NCBI GenBank assembly: GCA_041856085.1
Contig: JBHAFL010000122.1
Span: 1-49,248, forward strand
Length of the DNA stretch: 49,248 nt
Direction: 5' to 3'
Source of the DNA: Anaerovoracaceae bacterium
GTDB taxonomy: Bacteria; Bacillota; Clostridia; Peptostreptococcales; Anaerovoracaceae
A model generated the notes under the pieces. It did no database searches, was not told the DNA's origin, and worked only from the letters and a program-made list of their open reading frames with translations. Below are positions 29,445 through 37,185 of the stretch, in pieces. Each line of letters begins with the position of its first letter. Within the stretch, counting starts at the first letter, position 1. Made by a program: the position numbers and the translations under genes.

Positions 29445-29457
29445 GCAGGAGGAAATA

Positions 29458-31965
29458 ATGGCTACATTTTTTGAAGATACTAAAATGCTTCAACACGAAA
29501 TATATGACGAAATGAAGCAGAGCTATATAGACTATGCGATGTCCGTCATAGTCTCCCGTGCTCTGCCCGACGCGAGGGACGGGCTTAAGCCCGTACACAG
29601 GAGAATACTCTACGGAATGAGCGCGCTCGGAATTCTCCCGAATCAGCCTCATAAGAAGAGCGCCCGTATAGTCGGAGAAGTAATGGGTAAATACCACCCT
29701 CACGGAGACTCGTCCATTTATGACGCGATGGTAAGGCTCGCACAGCATTGGAATATGCGCTATATGATGGTCGACGGGCACGGTAACTTCGGCTCGGTCG
29801 ACGGGGACGGCGCGGCTGCCTCGAGATATACCGAGGCGAGAATGACGCAGTTCTCATTGGAAATGCTGAGAGATATCGACAAGGACACCGTAAACTTCGT
29901 ACCTAATTACGACGGAGAGGAGACCGAGCCGGTAGTCCTGCCGTCGAGAGTACCTAACCTTTTAATAAACGGCTCTAACGGTATAGCTGTAGGAATGGCG
30001 ACCTCAATACCTCCGCACAACCTTTCGGATACCATAGACGCCTGCATTAAGGTAATAGACGAGCCGGAATGCTCCGTCGAAGACATAATCAAGATAATCA
30101 AGGCGCCCGACTTCCCGACGGGCGGTATAATCTACGGTACTTCCGGCGCTAAGGAAGCATACCGCACGGGGCAGGGCAAGGTTACCCTGAGGTCGGTTGC
30201 GACAATTGAAGAGGGAAGCAGGGGCAAGCAGCAGATTATCGTAACGGAGATACCTTATCAGGTGAACAAGGCTAACCTCGTTCAGAAGATAGCCGAGATG
30301 GTTAAGGAGAAACAGCTCGAAGGAATCTCGGACATCAGGGACGAGTCCTCGAGAGAGGGTACGAGAATCGTAATAGAGCTAAAAAAGGACGCCAACGCAC
30401 AGATTATCCTTAACAGGCTCTATAAGCATACCCAGCTTCAAGCCAATATCTCGATGATAATGCTCGCAATCGACGAGGGCAGACCTAAGATTCTTAACAT
30501 AAGAGAGATAATCGACATATACCTCAATCATCAGAGAGAGGTTGTCACGAGAAGAACCGAGTTCGATAAACGAAAGGCGGAAGCGAGAGCCCATATCTTA
30601 GAGGGATATCTCATAGCGCTCGACAATATAGACGAAATAATCAAGATAATCAGAAGCTCTTATGACGACGCGCAGCAGAAGCTGATGGACAGATTCGGAC
30701 TCACCGAGATTCAGTCAAAGGCAATCTTGGATATGCAGCTCAGAAGACTTCAAGGTCTCGAAAGAGAGAAGATAACTGCCGAATATGAGGAGCTGCAGAG
30801 AAAAATAGCCTACTACATTTCCCTGCTCTCCGATATCAATCTCCTTATGGGAGTAATCAAGACCGAGCTTCTCGAAATCAAGCAAAAATGGGGAGACAAG
30901 AGAAAATCACAGATTAAGCTTGATGAAGCCGAGATTGACGAAGAAGATTTAATCCACGAAGAGGACGTTTGCATAACCCTTACCCACTTAGGCTACGCCA
31001 AGAGAGTTCCTGCGGACACCTACAGAGCGCAGAAGAGAGGCGGCAAAGGTATCACGGGTATCACGACCCGTGAAAACGACTTCGTTAAGCAGATGATAAT
31101 GTGCTCGACGCACGACAACCTGCTGTTCTTCACGAACTTCGGCAAGGTTCATATGATTAAGGCTTATGAGATACCTGAGGGTTCTCGCACGGCTAAGGGC
31201 ATTCCTATCGTGAACTTCATCAGTCTTATGTCGACAGAGAGGGTTACCGCGGTTATAAGGCTGGACGAAGCTAAGGAAAACCAGTACCTGATATCCGTAA
31301 CGAAACAGGGAACCATTAAAAAAACCGAGCTCGCCGAGTTTATCACCAACCGTAAGACCGGCCTCATAGCCATGAAGCTGAAAGAGGGAGACGAGCTTAT
31401 CGGAGTCAAGCAGACAACGGGCTCTAACAATGTAATAATCGTAACCCGCGAGGGCAAGTGCATATGCTTCGCGGAAGAGGACGTAAGACCTATGGGAAGA
31501 ATAGCGGGCGGAGTGAGAGCTATCAAGCTCGATCCGACCGACGAGGTTGTTTCTATGGAGCTTGTCGAAAAAGATCAGGAGCTCATGGTAGTAACAAAAA
31601 AAGGCTTCGGTAAGCGCACGAGAGCTAAGGATTATAAGATTCAGGTTCGCGGGGGCAAGGGTCTTCTCACCTACGATAAGGCGAAGTTTAAGAAGACGGG
31701 CGAGCTGATAGGGGCAATCGTCGTGGATGACTACGATGACGTAATGCTCATCAATTCGGACGGTATCATAATAAGAGTACCTGCTAAAGAGGTTTCGAAG
31801 CTCGGCAGAGCTACGCAGGGAGTTAAGATAATGAATGTCGGCGACGATGTTGATATCATTGCGGTAAGCAAGGTAGCAAGAGATGAAGAAGAAGGAGATG
31901 GACCTGAGAAGTCGGGAAAGGCGGAGTCCGAGGTCGACGATAATCAGGAACAGATGAAACTGTAA
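29458..31965 (+). CDS. gyrA: DNA gyrase subunit A
   Basis: GKYHPHGD, the active-site segment [10 protein letters not shown] and C-terminal beta-pinwheel repeats are present. Confidence 0.97.
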   Translation: MATFFEDTKMLQHEIYDEMKQSYIDYAMSVIVSRALPDARDGLKPVHRRILYGMSALGILPNQPHKKSARIVGEVMGKYHPHGDSSIYDAMVRLAQHWNMRYMMVDGHGNFGSVDGDGAAASRYTEARMTQFSLEMLRDIDKDTVNFVPNYDGEETEPVVLPSRVPNLLINGSNGIAVGMATSIPPHNLSDTIDACIKVIDEPECSVEDIIKIIKAPDFPTGGIIYGTSGAKEAYRTGQGKVTLRSVATIEEGSRGKQQIIVTEIPYQVNKANLVQKIAEMVKEKQLEGISDIRDESSREGTRIVIELKKDANAQIILNRLYKHTQLQANISMIMLAIDEGRPKILNIREIIDIYLNHQREVVTRRTEFDKRKAEARAHILEGYLIALDNIDEIIKIIRSSYDDAQQKLMDRFGLTEIQSKAILDMQLRRLQGLEREKITAEYEELQRKIAYYISLLSDINLLMGVIKTELLEIKQKWGDKRKSQIKLDEAEIDEEDLIHEEDVCITLTHLGYAKRVPADTYRAQKRGGKGITGITTRENDFVKQMIMCSTHDNLLFFTNFGKVHMIKAYEIPEGSRTAKGIPIVNFISLMSTERVTAVIRLDEAKENQYLISVTKQGTIKKTELAEFITNRKTGLIAMKLKEGDELIGVKQTTGSNNVIIVTREGKCICFAEEDVRPMGRIAGGVRAIKLDPTDEVVSMELVEKDQELMVVTKKGFGKRTRAKDYKIQVRGGKGLLTYDKAKFKKTGELIGAIVVDDYDDVMLINSDGIIIRVPAKEVSKLGRATQGVKIMNVGDDVDIIAVSKVARDEEEGDGPEKSGKAESEVDDNQEQMKL

Positions 31966-32363
31966 TGGCAGAGAGAGTTAAAATTACGATTCCGGGCAAT
32001 CCGGATTATCTGACTATGGTGAGACTGGCGATAGGCTCTATCGCAGCGAGCGAGGGCTTCGATATTGAGGCCATAGAGGACATCAAGACAGCCGTCACGG
32101 AGGCGTGTATGGTTTCATATTGCCATAAGCTGGACGGTTATGCGAGAGAATATACCCTATGCTGCGATATGGAGGAGGACAGACTCACGGTCACGATAGA
32201 GGCTTCGCTTCATGACAGGATTCCTAAGTTCACTAAAAGATGTCTGGAATGTCCGGACGAGGGAGAAATCGGCTTGAATCTTATAGAAACCCTTATGGAC
32301 GAGTTCAAGCCCCATTGGGACGACGAAAAGAGAATAATGAAGTTGGTTAAATTTAAGAAATGA
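31965..32363 (+). CDS. RsbW/SpoIIAB-like anti-sigma factor with a degenerate ATP-binding site, Cys-rich
   Basis: IPGNPDYLTMVRLAIGSIAASEGFDIEAIEDIKTAVTEAC aligns with the RsbW N-terminus, and GLNLIETLMDEF with the G2 region. The N-box Asn is replaced (EACMVSYCH) and there is no DxGxG motif. The protein has six Cys, including CLEC. The ATG shares 1 nt with the gyrA stop. Confidence 0.7.
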   Translation: MAERVKITIPGNPDYLTMVRLAIGSIAASEGFDIEAIEDIKTAVTEACMVSYCHKLDGYAREYTLCCDMEEDRLTVTIEASLHDRIPKFTKRCLECPDEGEIGLNLIETLMDEFKPHWDDEKRIMKLVKFKK

Positions 32364-33049
32364 CAAATCTTGAAAAACGTAACGAGATGGTAGAAGCCCA
32401 TCTGTATATGATTGACATCTTAATACGAAAATACCTCGGCAAGGGTGTGGAGTACGACGATCTTTATCAGGTTGCGGCGCTTGCTCTCGTAAACGCCGCA
32501 GACAGGTATGACCCGTCAAAGGGCTATGAGTTTAAGACCTTTGCCACGCCCACTATCTTAGGAGAGATAAAAAAATATTTCCGTGATAAGGAGTGGAGCC
32601 TAAGAGTTCCGAGAAGACTGAAAGAGATTGCGGGCAAGGTAAAGGAGGCGGAGGACGCCATGCAGCTCGAGCTGGGCAGGAATCCTAATATCGAGGAGCT
32701 CTCGGAGAGGACGGGATACACGCATGAGGAGATAATACAGGCGATTGAGGGGGCTAAGGCTTACGGCACATACTCTCTCGAGGCGGGACTCGACGAGCAG
32801 GACGAAGGAGCGTCTCTCGAAAAATTCCTCGGCTTCGAGGAAATCGGCTATGAGAGAATTGAAATTATGGAGATAATATCCGCCGTGCTCGATAAGATGT
32901 CGGACACCAATCGCTTCATTTTCAGGCGCAGATTCATAGAGAATCGCTCTCAGGCGGAGATTGCCAAGGAGCTCGGGGTCTCGCAGATGACGGTGTCAAG
33001 AAACGAAAAAGCGATAATCAATAAGTTTAGAGAAGAGGTACAGCATTAA
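32360..33049 (+). CDS. Group-3 RNA polymerase sigma factor (SigB/SigF/SigG family)
   Basis: Region 2 is DLYQVAALALVNAADRYDPSKGYEFKTFATPTILGEIKKYFRDKEWSLRVPRRLKE. The region 4.2 HTH is QAEIAKELGVSQMTVSRNEKA. An ATGA overlap links it to the anti-sigma gene. Confidence 0.88.
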   Translation: MTNLEKRNEMVEAHLYMIDILIRKYLGKGVEYDDLYQVAALALVNAADRYDPSKGYEFKTFATPTILGEIKKYFRDKEWSLRVPRRLKEIAGKVKEAEDAMQLELGRNPNIEELSERTGYTHEEIIQAIEGAKAYGTYSLEAGLDEQDEGASLEKFLGFEEIGYERIEIMEIISAVLDKMSDTNRFIFRRRFIENRSQAEIAKELGVSQMTVSRNEKAIINKFREEVQH

Positions 33050-34039
33050 ATGAAAAGAGTCTTTTCAGGAGTACAGCCGACGGGCAATATACATCTCGGG
33101 AATTATCTCGGCGCGCTCATTCAGTTCGTAGAGCTTCAGAATGACCACGAGTGCATATATTGTATAGTTGACGAGCATGCGATAACGGTTCAGCAGAACC
33201 CGAAAGAGCTTAGAAAGCATATATTGGACGTCGCGGCGCTATATATGGCGGTAGGAGTCGACCCTAAAAAATCAATAGTATTCGTGCAGTCGCAGGTTTC
33301 GGGACATGCGGAGCTCGGATGGATACTTAACTGCTGCTCGAGCACGGGCGAGCTTTTCCGGATGACGCAGTTCAAGGCAAAGGCGGGAAGCAGGGACTCG
33401 GTCGGCACGGGGCTTCTCACCTATCCCGTGCTTATGGCGGCGGACATACTTCTCTACGATACCGACGTAGTTCCCGTCGGAAATGACCAGAAGCAGCACA
33501 TCGAGCTGACGAGGGATCTTGCCCTTAGGGTCAATCATAAGTACGGCGAGGGAGTTTTCGTAGTTCCCGACGGCAGGTTCATGAGAGCCGGAGCAAGGAT
33601 AATGGCGCTTGACGACCCTACTCAGAAGATGTCAAAATCCGCCGAGAATATCCATTCGCGGATATCTCTTTTGGACGAGCCTGCTAAGATAAAAAAATCC
33701 ATTATGAAAGCGACGACCGATTCGGACGGAATCGTTAAATACGATATTGAGAACAAGCCGGGCATAAGCAATCTGCTCACTATATACGGCGCAATTTCGG
33801 GAAAGCCGATAAACGAGCTTGAAGCCGAGTATGAGGGCAGAGGCTACGGCGACTTCAAAAAAGACCTCGTAGACGTAGTGATAAACGCACTTGAGCCGAT
33901 TCAGGCAAGATATGCTGAGATAAGACATTCAAGGGAGCTCATAGAGGCGCTCAAGTCGGGCGCCGAAAGAGCTGACGAGATAGCTAAAAGGACTCTCCGG
34001 AGAGTAAGGGACGCTTTCGGACTCGGACTTGCCGAATAA
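33050..34039 (+). CDS. trpS: Tryptophan--tRNA ligase
   Basis: The HIGH-type motif PTGNIHLGN, the KMSKS motif and a 329-aa length fit the class I TrpRS pattern. The start directly abuts the sigma gene stop. Confidence 0.95.
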   Translation: MKRVFSGVQPTGNIHLGNYLGALIQFVELQNDHECIYCIVDEHAITVQQNPKELRKHILDVAALYMAVGVDPKKSIVFVQSQVSGHAELGWILNCCSSTGELFRMTQFKAKAGSRDSVGTGLLTYPVLMAADILLYDTDVVPVGNDQKQHIELTRDLALRVNHKYGEGVFVVPDGRFMRAGARIMALDDPTQKMSKSAENIHSRISLLDEPAKIKKSIMKATTDSDGIVKYDIENKPGISNLLTIYGAISGKPINELEAEYEGRGYGDFKKDLVDVVINALEPIQARYAEIRHSRELIEALKSGAERADEIAKRTLRRVRDAFGLGLAE

Positions 34040-34052
34040 GTTTTTAATCAGG

Positions 34053-34084
34053 AAGCAACCCGCTTGGCTTGGGTTGCTTTTGTG
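34053..34084 (+). terminator. Hairpin with a short T-tract after trpS (weak terminator)
   Basis: The AAGCAACCC (34053-34061) / GGGTTGCTT (34071-34079) stem is followed by TTGTG. The U-tract is only about 4 nt. Confidence 0.6.
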
Positions 34085-34104
34085 CCTATCGGGAGGTGGA
34101 TTTT

Positions 34105-34800
34105 TTGAATCAGGTTCTGAGGCAGGAGAAAAAATTCTTAATCAATATTGCCGACGCGAAATTTTTTGCACATCGGCTGTCGGGAATAATGAGAGAGGAC
34201 TCGCATAACGGCGCGGACGGATATATGATAAGGTCTCTTTATTTTGATACGAAGGGAGACTCGGATTATTTCGAGAAAGTCGCGGGCGTAGAGGTTCGAA
34301 AAAAGATAAGGCTTAGGATTTATGACCCTAAAGCGGATTTTGCTATGCTCGAGATGAAGCAGAAGCAGGGGGAGCAGCAGCTTAAGAGGTCGCTCAGGCT
34401 CACAAAGGACGATGCGCTTAAGATGATAGACGGGAACTATACGCCTCTTCTCTCATATAGAGAAAAATTCGCGGCGGAGTGCTTCGGCATAATGAACGCG
34501 AGGCTCTACAGACCGAGGACCATAGTAGAATATAACCGCAAGGCGTTTATCCTCGATATGAACAGCACGAGGGTAACTTTTGACAGCAGGATAGTCGCAA
34601 CCGAAACCTCATTCGACATTTTTGACGAAAAGCTCAATATGTTTCCCGTGCTCGACCTGTATGACGCGGTTATGGAGGTCAAGTATAACGGCTTTCTTAT
34701 GAGCTACGTTAAACAGCTCATAAACGATGTGAATAAGAGCGAGCTTTCTGTAAGCAAGTACATTTTAGCAAGGCATTCCTCCTACTCGACGCATATATGA
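34105..34800 (+). CDS. VTC-domain (CYTH-like triphosphate-tunnel / polyphosphate-polymerase-type) protein
   Basis: The TTG at 34105 lies 8 nt after GGGAGG (the listed ATG at 34069 lies inside the terminator hairpin). The N-terminal RQEKKFLI strand, YMIRSLYFDT, KIRLRIY and EMKQK...R match the VTC family pattern. No TM helix is present. Confidence 0.75.
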   Translation: MNQVLRQEKKFLINIADAKFFAHRLSGIMREDSHNGADGYMIRSLYFDTKGDSDYFEKVAGVEVRKKIRLRIYDPKADFAMLEMKQKQGEQQLKRSLRLTKDDALKMIDGNYTPLLSYREKFAAECFGIMNARLYRPRTIVEYNRKAFILDMNSTRVTFDSRIVATETSFDIFDEKLNMFPVLDLYDAVMEVKYNGFLMSYVKQLINDVNKSELSVSKYILARHSSYSTHI

Positions 34801-34896
34801 AGAATACGCGCGAACATAAGACATTCTACTCGATGCATAGTATGAAGAATATAAGGCGTGTAATAGATATTATACCCCACGCGCATATGAAGAATA
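34791..34896 (+). repeat. Three copies of GCATA-n-ATGAAGAATA spaced exactly 45 bp apart
   Basis: ATGAAGAATA lies at 34797-34806, 34842-34851 and 34887-34896, each preceded by GCATA within 0-2 nt. The sequence between the copies is not conserved. Confidence 0.7.
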
Positions 34897-34977
34897 TAGC
34901 GAGAATAAGACTTTGTTTAATATATGACGCGTGCGGCGCGGATAATACGGGGCAGGAAATAATGAAAGGGAAAAGGG

Positions 34978-35655
34978 ATGAAAGAAAATCTATACGAACT
35001 GTTTGAACATCAGGGAGGTCTGACTCTTCAGGAGATAACTCTGAACATAGTGAGCGCGGCGGTGCTGGGCTTGCTGATTTTCGTTTCGTATGCGATATCT
35101 CACAGGGGAACGATATATTCAAAAAAATTTAACGTCAGCCTCGTGGTTTTAGCCGCGCTCACGGGTACGGTAATGACGGTAATAGGAAACAACATAGCGC
35201 TTTCGCTCGGTATGGTCGGCGCTCTTTCGATTGTCCGTTTTCGTACGGCGATTAAGGACAGCAGAGATACGGTATATATTTTTTGGTCAATAATAGTCGG
35301 GATATGCTGCGGCGTGGGAGATTACATAGTGGCTGCCGTCGGAAGCTCAGTAGTTTTCGCGCTCATATTCGTCTTAGGCTGCATCAAGGCCGAGAACCGT
35401 ATGCTCATAATAGTCCGCGGTCAGAAAGAAAAGAGAGAGGCGGTTCAATCCACCATTTTCAGGCTTTTCGGACGAAAGGCGATACTTCGTGTGGTAAACA
35501 CCACGGAGAACGTGGTAGAGATAATATACGAAATATCGAGCAAGGAGCTGAGGGAAACCGAAAAGAAAAAGAGCGGAGTGGTCGATTCCATCTTCGCGCT
35601 CGGCGATATAGAATATGTCAACATCGTTACTCAGAACGATGAGATATCAAACTAA
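34978..35655 (+). CDS. DUF4956 family multi-pass membrane protein
   Basis: There are about four TM helices (LNIVSAAVLGLLIFVSY, VVLAALTGTVMTVIG, IFWSIIVGICCGVG and AAVGSSVVFALIFVLG). The SIVRFRTAIKDSRDT motif and a soluble C-terminal domain are also present. Confidence 0.75.
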   Translation: MKENLYELFEHQGGLTLQEITLNIVSAAVLGLLIFVSYAISHRGTIYSKKFNVSLVVLAALTGTVMTVIGNNIALSLGMVGALSIVRFRTAIKDSRDTVYIFWSIIVGICCGVGDYIVAAVGSSVVFALIFVLGCIKAENRMLIIVRGQKEKREAVQSTIFRLFGRKAILRVVNTTENVVEIIYEISSKELRETEKKKSGVVDSIFALGDIEYVNIVTQNDEISN

Positions 35656-35656
35656 A

Positions 35657-37147
35657 ATGAAGCACAGGTATATAGGTCTTTTGACCCTCGTAATAACTAT
35701 GGCGGCTGTATGCGTGGCATTACCGTATGCGCTTCTGCCGCGTGAAAACGAGAGGGTACATCAGCACCTTATCACAACTAAAAAACCGCCCTGCAGCGAG
35801 GCTCATTCAGAGGACGTTTTTTGCACGCACCTGCCTCTTGTCGTGATTGAAACGGGCGGCAAATATATACCGGGGGAGCCGACCGACGAGGTGGATTTTC
35901 TCAAGCAGAGCAAGCATACGCTGACTCCCGAGGGAGAGAGAATGTCCGAGGTGAAGCTGAGTATATTCGACAGTGAAGAGGGATATAACCACCCCACCGA
36001 CGTGCCTGTGACGGACGAAAAGGTTCTTATAAGGGTCAGGGGAAACTCATCGAGGAAGTTCGAGAAGCAGCCCTACCTTATTAAGTTCATAGACGAGACG
36101 GGAGCATACAGGAACGAGGCGGTAATGGATATGGGAGAGCACCACGAATGGGTGTTAAACGGCCCGTACCTCGACAAGTCCCTCGTCAGGAATTACCTTT
36201 GGTATAACATTTCGGGAGAGCTTATGCGATACGCTCCGAACGTCAGGTACTGCGAGCTCATCGTGGACGGCGATTACAGAGGCGTTTATCTTATGGCGGA
36301 GAATATAGGCAAGGGAAACGACTCAAGGCTGAGACTCGAGAAAACCGAAAAAGGGCAGACTCTCTTAGGCTATGTCGTGAGAGTCGACAGAATGCCGGAG
36401 GAAGAGATAAAGAGCCTAAAGAATATATATACTTTCGCGGAGCGATTTAATATCCTCACTACGGAGATAGCCATAAAATTTCCGGGTAAACACAGGTTAA
36501 ACAATGAGATGGCGAGAACCATCGAAGACGATATCTCCGCTTTCGAAAAGGCGATATATTCCTACGACTATGCCGACCCCGACTACGGCTACAAAAAATG
36601 GATAGACATAGATGATTTCGTGGACTATGCGATTATAAACGAGTTCGCCTATAATATAGACGCGACGAGGTTCTCAACCTATCTCTATAAAGAACCGGGG
36701 GATAAGCTGAGGCTCGCGGTATGGGACTTCAACAACTGCTGCGATAATTACGTTGAGGTCGAAACCGGACACAGGAATTTTTTCACTCAGTCGGGCTATC
36801 TGTTTTCGATGCTGATGAAAAACCGCGAGTTTAATGAAAAGGTCGTGAAGAGATACAGAAGTCTCAGAAAGGATATCCTCAGCGAGGAAAATCTCTTCCG
36901 ATATATCGATGAAACGACGGAGTTTCTCGGCGAGGCGGCGATAAGAAACGACGAGAGATGGGCGGGCTATATAGAGTCGGACGTACTGATGCCGCGCGAG
37001 CGAAACGTCCACAGCAGAGAAGAGGCAATTTCACAGCTTAAGAATTTTATCCACATGAGGGGAAAATGGCTGGACGAAAATATCGAGAGCATATATCAGT
37101 ATTCCGCCGATTCCCGAAACAAAAAATTCAGCGCGATTCCGTCATAA
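35657..37147 (+). CDS. CotH family atypical kinase with an N-terminal signal anchor
   Basis: The ATG lies 1 nt after the DUF4956 stop. The TM anchor is IGLLTLVITMAAVCVALPY. The CotH core is HEWVLNGPYLDKSLVRNYLWYNISGEL...CELIVDGDYRGVYLMAENI. Confidence 0.8.
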   Translation: MKHRYIGLLTLVITMAAVCVALPYALLPRENERVHQHLITTKKPPCSEAHSEDVFCTHLPLVVIETGGKYIPGEPTDEVDFLKQSKHTLTPEGERMSEVKLSIFDSEEGYNHPTDVPVTDEKVLIRVRGNSSRKFEKQPYLIKFIDETGAYRNEAVMDMGEHHEWVLNGPYLDKSLVRNYLWYNISGELMRYAPNVRYCELIVDGDYRGVYLMAENIGKGNDSRLRLEKTEKGQTLLGYVVRVDRMPEEEIKSLKNIYTFAERFNILTTEIAIKFPGKHRLNNEMARTIEDDISAFEKAIYSYDYADPDYGYKKWIDIDDFVDYAIINEFAYNIDATRFSTYLYKEPGDKLRLAVWDFNNCCDNYVEVETGHRNFFTQSGYLFSMLMKNREFNEKVVKRYRSLRKDILSEENLFRYIDETTEFLGEAAIRNDERWAGYIESDVLMPRERNVHSREEAISQLKNFIHMRGKWLDENIESIYQYSADSRNKKFSAIPS

Positions 37148-37185
37148 TACGCCCTTGAGCTAAGAAGCATAGGAGAGTGAAAGCC

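Noticed and set aside
32990-33050. T-box leader upstream of trpS
   Set aside because: trpS starts on the nucleotide after the sigma-factor stop codon, so there is no leader region that could hold a T-box.
34797-35006. 69-aa ORF in the VTC-DUF4956 gap
   Set aside because: It has no Shine-Dalgarno sequence, its product is basic and low in complexity, and it overlaps the DUF4956 start by 29 nt. Its MKN periodicity is better explained by the 45-bp DNA repeat. It is kept only as a note under that finding.
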